Positions 37,023 through 50,887 of a stretch of DNA of 64,000 nt are shown here, piece after piece; the stretch's first letter is position 1, and the number at the start of each line of letters is the position of its first letter. Source of the DNA: Zootoca vivipara (taxonomy: Eukaryota). The stretch is taken from contig NC_083282.1 of assembly GCF_963506605.1 (NCBI RefSeq), positions 5,394,001-5,458,000 of the forward strand, in the 5' to 3' direction. The notes below the pieces were generated by a model that had not been told where the DNA came from, did no database searches, and was given only the letters and a program-made list of their open reading frames with translations. Position numbers and translations under genes: made by a program.

Positions 37023-37609
37023 GTACATTCTCTTCAAATCATTCCACTTCCTTTAATTTTCTACTATGTTTTTATTGCTGATATTAGTTGTAAGTGGGGA
37101 TCCTCAGTTCTTCTTCCCATGTCCCACTTGCTATCAAGAGTCTCCTAAGGCATACCATGCTTCTCAGGTGCTATTAATGGCAAGGGCAAGCCCAAGCCTT
37201 CCTCGTGAGCGTGAAGCAGAAAAGTGGCTGGGAGATTGTCTCAGGAATGTGCTGTGCTTTGTGGAGCTGTGATGGGGTTGCCAGTTCCATTTTCACTTCT
37301 GTAAGAACTGCCCTCTTGAACAGGATTTAATATCGCTGAGCCTTGATGCATTGTATATTAGTATATAAAATTAATGAACATGCAGGCTGTATTATTGGAA
37401 AGGGCCTAAGCTGTGATTGACCAATGGCGAGAAATCTTGAATTCTAGAGTAAATGCATCTCTGTTGAAAAAATGGTTTCACATCAAGGCAAACATCTTGA
37501 GGGCTGGTGAGACAAGAAATTTTAAAATGTATCTTTTAGGTGTGATTCACTGAAGATGGTCTCTAGGAGTACAGAACGCAGTTCTAATTACTGTACATAT
37601 ATATTTAAG

Positions 37610-37742
37610 TTGCAGACCCCAGCCTCTTTTGCACAGAGTGTTCAGGAACTAACTATCGCTCTCCAGAGGACTGGTGACCCAGCCAATCTGAACCGGCTTC
37701 GACCCCACCTAGAACTCCTTGCAAATATTGATCCCAGCCCAG
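37610..37742 (+). CDS. RC3H1: RC3H1 coding exon 6
   Basis: [44 protein letters not shown]. Confidence 0.93.
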
Positions 37743-39335
37743 GTAACTATTAAAAAAGTGGTTTATATTCATGCTCACATCAGCAGAAGAGGCTGTGCAT
37801 ATCTTTCAATCAAACTGATACGTGTCAATGTAAGAAGCACAAGTGAACAGAGTACTCTCTTGTTTCTTTATTAACAAAAAAGCTGTTTCTCTTGAGATGC
37901 TCTAGTCTCCTTTATATTCTAATGGCGGACAGACCAGGCTTGTTTATTTTTTACTAGAACACTTAAGACCCATGAACCAAAGCAGGGTGCAAAATTGTGG
38001 CTGGTGCAGAACCAAATGCAAAATGTTCATCCAGGGGCGGAGCACCTTTAGTTATAAAGTACAAATCTACCTTCTGCCCATGTGCCTAGACTTCTCAGAG
38101 TTGTGGCAATCTCAGCATTTGGGAGTTCTAAGGCATAAAAACATCCCTATGAGCTGAGACAATAAGAGTGGAGACCACTTTCAACCTGAGGGCTATATTC
38201 CCTTGTGGAAAACCTTCCAGGGGCTGCATCCCAGTGATGGACAGGGTCAGAGGTGAAATTCAGCAGATGAATAGATCACCCTTTTGTATAGCAGGCTATG
38301 TTCCTTCTGTACAAAGGTTGCGTGTTACATGGATATAGGTTTCTGTACATACACATCTCCCTTTCCTGGCAAGCAAGAGGCACCAAAATTTAGTGACACA
38401 CTCTAGCCCGGGAAAAGCACTTGAAGAGTACACAGAATAAAGATGGTGAGGGGAACGGCCTATGGAGGGTTCCAAGAACCTGGAGGGGCCACATTGGACC
38501 TCAGGCTATTCCTCCTATAGGTGTGCATTCACACTACTGATCTTGCTCTGTTTATTCATAAACAATGGACATTCGCTGGGAGTAAGTCGCACATATGCTG
38601 ATTGGCTTGCCCACAAAAACATATGCCCCAATAAAGTTGTTTGCCTTTAAGGTATTCTAGGACTTTGTTGGTTTTGTGGCAACAATGGCTACTCCATAAG
38701 GTCCCACAGACCTTAATGATAATAGGAAAAGGCCTTGTGACCTGTATAATTCTGAATGGGTCAGGATCATAGGATTATTTTTCTATGAATTCATGAGGTT
38801 AGGCTCAGAGTCTTGCTAAATCCTGCCCAGCCCTTTCTGAGGAGGACATGTCTGTGTATGTCTCTCTGCTTATCATTGTTGTAGTAGGGTTATATTGCCA
38901 TATTTTAGCAAAAGGAACACATGTCAATGAGATAGTCCTTTCACTAGAAATGACTCTATTGGGCTCTCTCAGACATTGCTGCTTTTCCTTGATTACCTCT
39001 AATCTTCTCCCATATTTCCCACAATTACAATATTTTTTCTGGGGGGTGTCTCTCTGAGGGTTCAAATGCTCTCAAGCATTTCTATTTGAATAACTTTATT
39101 CCTTACTGACAGGCAGGAAATGTTTGCTGCTGCTGCTGCTGCTCCCTAAATCTGGCAAATCAGTGTTGAATTTCCATAGACATTTCCTTAGTCTTGCATG
39201 TCAAATTTATTCTTCCTTCAGAACTAAAATGTTGCATGTTGTAAATTTTTTGATGCTTGCTATGATTCAGATCCTGTTTCTACAGGATTTCTCATTTTCC
39301 AGAGATAAATTCAATTGTTCTTATAAACACTGTAG

Positions 39336-39454
39336 ATGCCCCACCACCCACCTGGGAGCAGCTTGAGAATGGACTTGTCGCTGTGCGGACTGTGGTACAT
39401 GGGCTGGTGGATTACATCCAAAATCACAGCAAAAAAGGAGCAGATCAGCAGCAG
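39336..39454 (+). CDS. RC3H1: RC3H1 coding exon 7
   Basis: [40 protein letters not shown]. Confidence 0.95.
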
Positions 39455-39728
39455 GTACTGTATTGTGTGGAACTTGTGTGGAAGGCACACTTTGTCATAG
39501 TAGACCTTGCCAAATCAAAAAAGAACAAAAGGAAATGCTTCCCCTAGTATATGTAAGATAAAAAAGGTGAATCAGTTGCCAATATATATAGAAGATATAA
39601 TTTCATGCCTGGAGTTCTCAGAAGGAAGTACTGTAGGAAAAGGAAGATTTTGTAAAAATTGGGGTGTTGGTCTAGTCCTTCCCTGCCACCTCCAGCAAAT
39701 CCACAAAGATTATATGAGTCACATAGGG

Positions 39729-39866
39729 CAGTGTTTCCCAACCAGTGTGCCTCCAGATGTTTTGGGACTACAACTCCCATCATTCCTGACCACTGGTCTT
39801 GCTAGCTAGGGATGATGGGAGTTGTAGTCCCAAAACATCTGGAGGCACACTGGTTGAGAAACACTG
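39729..39866. mobile_element. hAT-type MITE
   Basis: cagtgtttc...gaaacactg TIRs; 8-bp TSD acataggg. Confidence 0.9.
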
Positions 39867-40119
39867 ACATAGGGGATACATTGCACACATGAGGCTGAGG
39901 ACAGATAGTAGTCTTTCAGAGACTTGCAGGGTGTAGGATTAAGCCATCATTGTCTGTGGCACACATTTTGGTTTCTGGGTGGAGGTTTTGCAGGTTTCTG
40001 AAGCACTGGGAGAATTTGACCACATATTATAGCAGTACATAAAAAATAAATGTGTTCAACAACACACAGCGTTTTCACAGTGACCATATCAAATCACATT
40101 GTTCCATGAGTTGACTTCC

Positions 40120-41690
40120 CACCCTCACCTCCAGTGTTTTTGCTCAAACCTTTTTTACTTCATTATAATCTTTATCTATTATAAAAAGTTCCTTTATTTT
40201 AATTATTTTATTTTATATTTTTCTTCCGCTGCTTTATATCTCGAATCCTGCCTGTGATTCCATTTGACTATGATGCTTTTTCAAATAGTCTATGAACAGC
40301 CTCCATTCTTCTATAAAAAGCTCATCATTTTGATCTCTCTATTTTTTCTGTCCATTATTGACATTTCTGTATAGTCTGTATACTTTCAAAAGCCTATCCT
40401 CCTTTGTTGAAACCTTCTCTTCTTTCTGTTTCTGTGCATATCATATTCTAGCAGCTGTTGTCACATACATAAATAATATGGTCATCTTCTTTGGAGCATC
40501 TGTCTCTATTATCCCTATAAGAAAAGCTTCTGGTCTTTTGGGAATAGCCCATTTAAACATTTTCTTCATTTCATTATATAATTTCCCAAAAGGCTTTAGC
40601 TGTTGTCCACCACATATGGAAGAATGACCCTTCTATCCCTTTGCATTTCCAGCATTTACTTGACACATTTTTATACATCTTGGCCAGTTTATTTGGTGTT
40701 AAATATTAGAATCATTAAATCATAGAGTTGGAAGAGACCACAAGGGCCATCCAGTCCAACCCCCTGCCAAGCAGGAAACACCATCAAAGCATTCCTGACA
40801 GATGGCTGTGAAACCTCCGCTTAAAGACCTCCAAAGAAGGAGACTCCACCACACTCCTTGGTAGCAAATTCCACTGCCGAACAGCTCTTACTGTCAGGAA
40901 GTTCTTCCGAATGTTTAGGTGGAATCTTCTTTCTTGTAGCTTGAATCCATTGCTCCGTGTCCGCTTCTCTGGAGCAGCAGAAAACAACCACCCTCCCTCC
41001 TATATATGACATCCTTTTATATATTTGAACATGGCTATCATATCACCCCTTAACCTTCTCTTCTCCAGACTAAACATACCCAGCTCCCTAAGCCGTTCCT
41101 CATAAGGCATTGTTTCCAGGCCTTTGACCATTTTGGTTGCCTTCCTCTGGACACGTTCCAGCTTGTCAGTGTCCTTCTTGAACTGTGGTGCCCAGAACTG
41201 GACACAGTACTCCAGGTGAGGTCTGACCAGAGTGGAATACAGTGGTACTATTACTTCCCTTGATCTAGATGCTATACTCCTATTGATGCAGCCCAGAATT
41301 GCATTGGCTTTTTTTAGCTGCTGCATCACACTGTTAACTCATGTCAAGTTTGAGGTCTACCAAGACTCCTAGATCCTTTTCACATATACTGCTCTCAAGC
41401 CAGGTGTCACCCATCCTGTATTTGTGCCGTTCATTTTTTCAATATTATCAATTCCTTTATCCATGTCAAACATGCTGCATCATAATATAATTTTAGATTT
41501 GGAAGTGAGCCCCCTCTTTCCCCCTTTTCATCCTAACCTCACATTGTAAGAAAAAAAATAAAGAAAAAGAAATATTTGGAAATGAGAATCTACCTCTTTC
41601 TTTAGTATCTGTTAATATTTTAAATGTAATACTTGGTTTCTTGCCTTGCCAAATGATCTTAGCTCTTTTTGCCATTTAAAGCATCCAATA
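40120..41690 (-). mobile_element. Degraded L1 ORF2 3' fragment, interrupted by a CR1
   Basis: Minus strand reads KCWKCKGIEGSFFHMWWT...PEAFLIG...TTAARI (L1 C-terminal CCHC region). Confidence 0.7.
40709..41440 (-). mobile_element. CR1 LINE 3' fragment inserted into the L1
   Basis: [43 protein letters not shown]; TSD aatatta (40702-40708 / 41441-41447). Confidence 0.93.
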
Positions 41691-43586
41691 TTACACATTA
41701 ACACTACCGTTTGGAACAGCATTTCTAACAGTTATCTGTGCTGCCTGCATGTCTGTGAAAATTCTTCATATGGCCACATTAACTGAAAAGGTACTGATTG
41801 AAAGTGTAATGTACTTTGCCATAAGGTGTTCTGGAACCCATATCTATCAAAGCAGTGGAAATGTGTAAATAGTGGAATCCAGCAAGAAACATGGAACTGT
41901 TACATCTGAAATATTCATAGCCATTCCAAAGCATTTGAACTCTCATAAATCACAACTCATTCAGACATAGACCCAAAGAACCATGCAATGAGTTCTATGT
42001 ATCCTGGGCAACTTTGGACTTATCTCCCCTTGCTGCATGACAAAGCTCTTCTGAAACAGGCATTTTAAAATCAGTTTGTGATAATAGCATGGAGGTCAGC
42101 TGCTCCAAGACTGGGAATCCTGCTAGGCATATAGCCCACACCCTCAGACATATCCAAATTAGTTTTGTTTGATCCTAGTTGGAATCCTAAAATCCAGAAG
42201 ATGTCATAACATTTTGTGCATATTGATCATTTTGTCCAATTATTAAGGTGGGAGGAAGAACTACATATTCTGTGGGTTTCACAGAATGTGAGGGCCCAGT
42301 AACTATTTTTTAATGTGATTTAAGAGGAAACATCGAAAATTGCAGTCTGAAGATTTTCATTAAGCTTTTTAATTGTAGAAAGAAAATCAAAGCTACTCAC
42401 TGGAAAGTGTTTTCTTTTTTAAAAAAGTTCTAAGCATATCTAGAATTCAGAATAGTAGAGAAATGATGGACATTAATTACATTAAAATTTGAGTAAGGTA
42501 GCAAGTATTAAATAAATGTTATAGGTAATTAGGCATTTTCTAATTTATTGGAACAAGAAGCATTTATTTTCTCTTACGCTATGTATAGCTCACTACTGTG
42601 TAATACTTATTTTGCATTACTTGTCTTTAATTTCTATGGTAATTTGTGTGTGAGTATTATTTCATAGGCATAAAGCTGAGAGAATGCAAGTCAAAACAAA
42701 GAGAGAGAGTGTGTGTGTGTCACAAGCCTGCTTTTAGAAACAACTTCCAAATCATAGTTGGAGTGTTGAGAACATAATGTGGATTCCTGTACTTCCTTCT
42801 CCCTTCATGCATACAGGGCCCCACCGCTGCGCTCTGAGTTGCAGTAGCCATAGTTTTTACTTCTGTGGGTATAGGGTGGTATATAAATAATAATAATTAA
42901 TAATAATATAGTTAATTAATTTTAAAAAAAAACATATAAACTGTTTTTCACCATCAGAGAGGTTTGAAATGGTGGCTGAATCATATAGCTGATGGGAATG
43001 TGGAAGGAGAAGAACATACCAGGCAGGTTAGATGTGAAATAATTTTTTTAAGCCATTGAAATATTTAGCAGTGCTTTTGCATTTGTGAAGTACTTTGCAA
43101 CTTTTGCTGCATGAATGGAGAAAATTTTTTTTAGATCCACATTAAAACAGTAGAATTTATGACAGAAAAGCAACTTAAAAATGGAACATTTTATTGGAAT
43201 TCCAACCCTGGAATTGCTACACCATTGGGAAAAGGATTATCTACTAATGGTTCCATACCTAATATTGTCAAGGTGTTGACGGTGTTCAAAACTCCCTTTG
43301 TTCTAGGCGCATTTTGCGACAGGGAATTTTGTTAGTGTGAGCAGTTTCTGAGCCCTGGGCGCAATACTGCACCTAAGATTTCAGATTGAAACTTCAGAGT
43401 GGAAGGAAAGGAGGACCTTTTTCCGCCTCCCCACTTCTAGCTACTCTCTGAAGACTGGAGAAGAGACCCTCTTAAGAATACTAGGGGGGTGGGCAGGGGA
43501 AGGACTAGACCATGTGAAAAATGAACATAATATTTTAGCTGCAGTTCATTCATTTTCAGCTTTCAGCACGCCTAGACATTCCATTG

Positions 43587-45489
43587 AACTGGCTGTCCAA
43601 CGAGGCCTTACGAATAGCGGAGGAGAGGAGGCAAGCAAAATGCAAGGGAGATAGGGAAAGATACAGGAAACTGAATGCAGATTTCCAAAAAACAGCAAGG
43701 AGAGACAAGAGCAATGCAATGAGCAATGCAAAGAAATAGAGGAAAACAATAGAATGGGGAAAACCAGAGATCTGTTCAAGAAAATTGGAGATATGAAAGG
43801 AACATTTCGTACAAAGATTACCATAATCAAGGACAAAAGTGGTAAGGACCTAACAGAAGCAGAAGACATCAAGAAGAGGTGGCAAGAATACACAGAGGAA
43901 TTATACCAGAAAGACATGGAGGTTTCATACACCCCAGGTAGTGTGGTTGCTGACCTTGAGCCAGACATCTTGGAGAGTGAAGTCAAATGGGCCTTAGAAA
44001 GCACTGCTAATAACAAGGCCAGTGGAAGTGATGATATTCCAGCTGAACTATTTAAAATTTTAAAAGATGATGCTGTTAAGGTGCTACACCCAATATGCCA
44101 GCAAGTTTGGAAAACTCAGCAATAGCCAGAGGATTGGAGAAGATCAGTCTACAGCCCAGTCCCAAAGAAGGGCAGTGCCAAAGAATGCTCCAACTGCCGC
44201 ACAATTGCGCTCATTTCACACGCTAGCAAGGTTATGCTTAAAATTCTACAAGGCAGGCTTAGGCAGTATGTGGACCGAGAACTCCCAGAAGTGCAAGCTG
44301 GATTTCGAAAGGGCAGTGGAACCAGAGACCAAATAGCAAACATGCGCTGGATTATGGAGAAAGCTAGAGAGTTCCAGAAAAATGTCTACTTCTGCTTCAT
44401 TGACTATGCAAAAGCCTTTGACTGTGTCGACCACAGCAAACTATGGCAAGTTCTTAAAGAAATGGGAGTGCCTGATCACCTCATCTGTCTCCTGAGAAAT
44501 CTCTATGTGGGACAAGAAGCTACAGTTAGAACTGGATATGGAACAACTGATTGGTTCAAAATTGGGAAAGGAGTACGACAAGGTTGTATATTGTCTCCCT
44601 GCTTATTTAACTTATATGCAGAATTCATCATGCGAAAGGCTGGACTAGATGAATCCCAAGCCGGAATTAAGATTGCCGGAAGAAATATCAACAACCTCAG
44701 ATATGCAGATGACACAACCTTGATGGCAGAAAGCGAGGAGGAATTAAAGAACCTTTTAATGAGGGTGAAAGAGGAGAGCGCAAAATATGGTCTGAAGCTC
44801 AACATCAAAAAAACCAAGATCATGGCCACTGGTCCCATCACCTCCTGGCAAATAGAAGGGGAAGAAATGGAGGCAGTGAGAGATTTTACCTTCTTGGGCT
44901 CCTTGATCACTGCAGATGGTGACAGCAGTCACGAAATTAAAAGACGCCTGCTTCTTGGGAGAAAAGCAATGACAAACCTAGACAGCATCTTAAAAAGCAG
45001 AGACATCACCTTGCCGACAAAGGTCCGTATAGTTAAAGCTTTGGTTTTCCCAGTAGTGATGTATGGAAGTGAGAGCTGGTCCATAAAGAAGGCTGATCGC
45101 CCAAGAATTGATGCTTTTGAATTATGGTGCTGGAGGAGACTCTTGAGAGTCCCATGGACTGCAAGAAGATCAAACCTATCCATTCTTAAGGAAATCAGCC
45201 CTGAGTGCTCCCTGGAAGGACAGATCCTGAAGCTGAGGCTCCAATACTTTGGCCACCTCATGAGAAGAGAAGAATCCTTGGAAAAGACCCTGATGTTGGG
45301 AAAGATTGAGGGCACTAGGAGAAGGGGACGTCAGAGGACAAGATGGTTGGACAGTGTTCTCGAAGCTACGAACATGAGTTTGACCAAACTGCGGGAGGCA
45401 GTGCAAGACAGGAGTGCCTGGCGTGCTATGGTCCATGGGGTCACGAAGAGTCGGACACGACTAAACGACTAAACAACAACAACAACAAA
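43587..45489 (+). mobile_element. BovB (RTE) LINE, 5' truncated, RT domain nearly intact
   Basis: FIDYAKAFDCVDH, GVRQGCILSPCLFNLY, NLRYADD, FELWCWRRLLRVPW; (CAA)n tail; 13-bp TSD agacattccattg (43574-43586 / 45490-45502); premature TAG at 44123. Confidence 0.96.
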
Positions 45490-45899
45490 AGACATTCCAT
45501 TGTTGCACCCATAACCTAGGTTTAAGGTGCCATTTAGCTCCTAGCTTTCATATCTCAGTTTCTAACACTGAGTGTTGAATAAAGAGATGAGTGGATTCCA
45601 TTTATTAAATCTGCTATCACAGCACATGCAGCACAACTCACTGCATGCTTACTTGGAAATAAGTTGCATAGTGTCCTCAGTTCACTGGTATATTTGTTTA
45701 AGATTGCAACCTTAATAGTGAATCCCAATTCTTCTTGGTCAGTTCTCTAACAAAGCTTTCTTTCTGGATCTGGAGATCTCTCTACACAGTCTTTTTTCAA
45801 TTTTTTTTATTCTGAATTTATTTTGGAGCATTATTTTTAGAAGAATTGTAGACTTTGACAATTTTGGTTTCAGTTTCCTTATTTTTCCATTTGATCCAG

Positions 45900-46012
45900 C
45901 CTCCTCAACACAGCAAGTATAAGACATATATGTGCCGAGACATGAAGCAGAGAGGAGGTTGCCCCCGTGGGGCCAGCTGCACCTTTGCACACTCGCAGGA
46001 AGAACTAGAAAA
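45900..46012 (+). CDS. RC3H1: RC3H1 coding exon 8 (CCCH zinc finger)
   Basis: [38 protein letters not shown]. Confidence 0.97.
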
Positions 46013-46257
46013 GTAAGATTCCATGTCTTATTCTACTTCTGATTGTGAACTTAGTATCCAGTTTAGAATGGATAATTGAATAGGGTTGAAGGTATAAATG
46101 TTTCAGATCACCTGCATGGGGATTGGGAGAACATGGCAGTCTACAAAGATAAAATAAAATGGTGGTGGAAGAATTAAATTCTACAGCTTCTTCATATATG
46201 TATATCAGCTTACAAGGCTTCTGCAGGGGTAAGCCCTGTCTTCCTAACTTTCTAGTA

Positions 46258-46510
46258 CAGTGGTCCCTCGGCTTACGAATTTAATTCGTTCCGAATGCAC
46301 ATTTGTAGGTCGAAAAGTTTGTAAGTTGAAAGAAGCAGTTTCCCATAGGAATGCATTGGGAACGGAAAATTCGTAAGTCGAGAAAACCCCATCTAAACCG
46401 CAACGGTTTTCCTTTCGGATGTCGAAAAAAACGTAAGCATGAGGCCATTTTTTTCCATTCGTAACTCGAAATTTCGTAAGTCGAGTACTTTGTAAGTCGA
46501 GTGACCACTG
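46258..46510. mobile_element. Tc1/pogo(Tigger)-type MITE
   Basis: TA|cagtggtccctcg ... cgagtgaccactg|TA. Confidence 0.85.
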
Positions 46511-46952
46511 TATCTTGCCCAATATGCCCCTAGATAGTCGTCTTTTGTCATACTAGTGTGTGGGTTTTACTGCCAAACTGGAATTATGCCCTGATTTAGA
46601 GAGAGAAAAATGAGATGAGACGGAGACAGACAGTAAGATTTGTATGCTACAGGCTGTTAAAGAGGGCAGGACTGAGTGAAAATACGAGTTACACATTCAC
46701 TATCCCAGCAACTGAGTAAAACACCTTGTGACATTTTGTAAGCAGCAAGCAGCCGTGTTTGCTGCATGGTGCCTAGTGTGTGCTGCCCTCATCACACCAA
46801 TAAGGTTTGGCATAGCAGGCGTTCCAGCTGCAATAGTCGTGCCTGAATTAAAGTTTGTGCTCTAGCATTTGAGTAGGAAAAGAAAAATAACTGTTCCAAC
46901 GTGAGCTGTAACTCATCCTTGTTCTTTAATTCCTCACGTGTTTCTCTTGAAG

Positions 46953-47234
46953 ATTTCGTAAGATGAACAAACGTCTGGTTCCTCGAAGACCCCTGAGTGC
47001 CTCCTTAGGCCAGCTGAATGAGGTGGGCCTATCGGCAGCAGCTATCCTCTCGGATGAAGGGAGTATGGACTTGCCCAACAGAAAACCCTCTGCCTTGCCA
47101 AATGGGATTGTTTCAACAGGCAGTGCAGTGACACAACTGATCTCTCGTGGAACCGACTCCAGTTATGATTCAGCCTTGAAGCCCGGGAAAATTGACCATC
47201 TTAGCAGCAGCGCCCCTGGGTCACCTCCTGACTT
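46953..47234 (+). CDS. RC3H1: RC3H1 coding exon 9
   Basis: [25 protein letters not shown]...[17 protein letters not shown]. Confidence 0.95.
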
Positions 47235-47909
47235 GTACGTTTACCTTTTTATGGTGTTCATATAAACTGGGCAGTCTAGAGAATGCAGTCCACATGTGCA
47301 TAAATTGGATACACAGACATGACTTTTGCATTCAGGTCACCTCTGTATCTGGCCTGCATTACCATCAAATATAGGTGGCAGTACTTCCATTCAAGAGGAT
47401 TTCACAAAGCCCATAGTTAAACTATGGAATTTGCCCCCACAAGATGTAGTGATGGCCACAAACTTGGTTGTCTCTGAAAGGGATTTAGGCAAATTCATGC
47501 AGGACAAAGCTAACCATGAATACTAGCCGTGATGGCTGTGTATTGTCCCTTGCATTGGATGCAGCATGCCAATGAATACCAGCTGCTGGGAATCACAAGG
47601 GGGGATAGTGCTTGCTTTCCATGGGCACCTGATAAGAACAGGTTTCTTGAATAAGTGGGTCTTTTGTCTAATCCAGCAGGGCTCTTTTGATGTTTCTGTA
47701 AGCTGGATTGCCGTAGCTTCTGGAACCCTAGCTGGACTCCCTTAATATCTGCTGGTGATGCTTCCACCTTCCATCTTCTGCTACCTCTTGCATATGCTTG
47801 GTTGCTGAGAAGTCAATGTACAAATCAATGTAGGCTCCAAAGCAGCAATACTCGGGGGGATTCATCCCAGGTTTGTAGCTGCTCTAATGTTGTGTTGGAT
47901 CTCTTTTAG

Positions 47910-48127
47910 GCTGGAATCCGTTCCCAAGAGTTCTCTATCTGCCTTACCAGTGAACTCTCACCCAGTGGCCCCCCGAGGACCTGCAGACCTGCCTCCAATA
48001 TCTGTTGGGAAGCAGCTCCAAATGGTGCCACGAGGCTCCCAGTTGTATCCAGCTCCACAAACAGATGTGTTTTACCCAGATCCTCGGGGAGCAGGTCCAC
48101 CATTTGAATCTCCACCTTACCAATCAG
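47910..48127 (+). CDS. RC3H1: RC3H1 coding exon 10
   Basis: [15 protein letters not shown]...[24 protein letters not shown]...PYQS. Confidence 0.93.
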
Positions 48128-48480
48128 GTAACAATGCCATCTGGGTAAAATTTGGGCTTGTGGCAAAGGTTTACATATTATTTATTTATTTACTTGCCCT
48201 AGATGAAGGATGGGGTGCTAGATACTGTGGGGTGCTAGATACCTCTTACCTGTGAGTAAGCCCCATTGAATTCAGTAGGACTTTCTTTTGAGAAGACAAT
48301 GGTTAAGACTGCTATGTTAGTGTTAAATTTTCAGTCTGGTACTTCCAATTTCCAGCCTTTTAGATCATCTAGATTTAAAAAGGTTGGCAAAGAGTGTTAA
48401 TAAAATAGGTGTCATATACACACGTCCTGCTATCAGCCTGCTCATTATCTACCAATTCACGTATCCAAACATAGGAAATA

Positions 48481-48641
48481 CAGTAGTACCTCCGGTTACG
48501 TAACCCTCTGGTTATGTAAACTTCAGGATGCGAAAGCGGCAAACCTGGTAGCATGCGCAGAAGCGGTCCTCAGGTTGCGGAAACCTCAGGATCCAACCGA
48601 ACCTCCGGAGCAGATTCCGTCCACAACCGGAGGTACCACTG
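48481..48641. mobile_element. Tc1/pogo-type MITE
   Basis: TA|cagtagtacctccggtt ... aaccggaggtaccactg|TA. Confidence 0.85.
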
Positions 48642-49037
48642 TATGCCCAAACATTGCTATACACTCCACAGATAGAGATCCAAAGGGCTGGAACTTGCCC
48701 ACTTCCTTACTTGTGCTTTTTTTTGGTCAAGCCATTTTCAAGTAGAAACCATGGAATGGGGAGAAAGATTGGATGAATCAGAGAGCAGGAGAGGTCGGAC
48801 AAATTAGCTTTTCCTTTGTCTCTCTTTTGCTGGTTGGCTGCAGTTGTTTTAGGAAGAAACCATGGTGGGAGAGGGAGAAAGATCACTGATTCCTATAGGA
48901 ATCAGTTGAAATTGTGGACTTGTTCACCTAACCAACTATTTCCAGGGAATGCTTTGTGGATGGTAAGCAGGCCCTGTGTGTATAAAGAAATTTATTGAGG
49001 GATACCTTTTTGTACTTTAATTTTGCTAGGCCATATA

Positions 49038-49251
49038 CAGTCATACCTTGAAAGTCAAACGGAATCTGTTCCGGAAGTCCGTTCAACTTCCAAAACGTTT
49101 GGAAACCAAATCATTTGGAAGCTGTGGAAGCCTTGTCGAACAGTAGGGTTCCAAATAATGTTTGCAAACCGGAACACCCACTTCCAGGTTTGCGGCATTC
49201 GGGAGCCAAAATGTCTGAGTACCAAGGCATTTGGGATCCAAGGTACGAATG
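49038..49251. mobile_element. Tc1/pogo-type MITE (degenerate right TIR)
   Basis: TA|cagtcatacctt; internal similarity to 61267-61506 in reverse orientation. Confidence 0.7.
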
Positions 49252-50887
49252 CATTTCTTGCCCTCTGCAGTGGATTTCAGATAAACTACCCCAATATTTG
49301 ACACCTGCTGCTTAGCTGTCTCCTACCCTACCTATCAATGCTGATAAAATATCCTTTCTACCCCCCTTCTTAGTTGTGTGTTCAAACATCCTATCATTGT
49401 AGCACTTCATGTATAGCACAAAATATAACCTAACTCTTTACACAGACATTTCAACATCTGGTCTCAGAATGATCAATATAATTTGCGTAAACTTTTTTTT
49501 TTTTTTACAGTTGCATGCTTTATCTTGAACCAGATAAGTGCAGGATTTGGAGTTATGTGATGAGGGAAAGTGTCTGTATAGGGATAGAGAAATGTATGAA
49601 TGAAAAGCAAAAGGGATGTGTATGTACTTGCTTGGGATCACAAGGCAAGAAGTGAAGTAAAGCAAGAAAAAGGGATACCATCCCTAAACGCTGGTGGAAA
49701 CTTTTGCACATTTGCAAAAGGCGACATGCACATTTTTCAGAGGATGCTTTGTAACTAGGAGAGCTAGATAACTGCTTTTTGTTAAACTAAAACTGAAATC
49801 ATCATGAATCCACATTTGTAAGTGGTCCCAGATTGTTGAGGTTCACACATTCAGAATTACAAGGGATGACCAGCTCTCCTTATAATCCCAACAACACATC
49901 ACTACTTGGCGTTCTGACTAAAATCTTGTGTATAAGCACAACCACTCCACCATTTAAGAAGACCCAAGTGAGTTGTTGTTTTTACAAATTGTATTGAAAA
50001 TTTTAAGTGAATTTTTGCAGGTAGGGAAATACCTTATTTTATTTCATCAAGCCAGAAGAGAGCAGCTGTCTGGTTAGATGTAGCAACTTTCAGAGTTGAA
50101 AACTGCTGCCACCAACTGGAAGCATTCACACTTGCAGAAGTTTCGTTGAGTGTCAGCCATATATTTAGAAATAGGTACCACTCCCAAGAATTAATCCATT
50201 TCTTGAAAACATAGTGAAAGGTGGCAATCCTATGATACAAAGTTGCTCGCCTTCTCTAGGTTCTTTTATCTCATCCCACTAGCTTTCATGACAATCTAAT
50301 CCTTTTGAAGCTGTTTTCCTATGTGCAACAACACCACCAATCCCTTTTTCCTGCAGGATCTCAACACAAAATATTGTCAATGTTTTTAGAAAAGGATACA
50401 TTCCATTCTAGCCCCCTCAGCATTGTTGCCATTATTGCCCATGCAACCCCCTTTTCATCACCTGGCTTCTTAGGGCAGGGTCTCCCTGGTGACTTCCTGC
50501 TCCTGCTAGTGTCTAAGGGAGCCACATACTCCCAAGCAGGGTGAGTAGATGAGCAATTGTCCTGTTAGCATCACTGCTGAGAGGACCTCTCTGAATTGGC
50601 CCATAGTTATAGTGGCTCCTTGAGGGGCTTCCACATGTTTTCCTCATGGTAATTTATAAAACACCATTGGCCCAAAGTTAAGGCAAGTGATGATCTATTG
50701 TTATAATGCAAAGTGTTTCCAAGCTCTTTCCAAACAGCTGTCGCTTGGTAAAAATGGATTAACATCTTCAAACGTAAAGTGAAAGGAGATTTAAAGTGAC
50801 AACTTACTGCCACTTCCGTTCTCTGAAGCAGTTGAAAGAGTGAATTGCTTTAAAGCAGCTTTCCGAATTTTTATTTTGTGCATTTAG

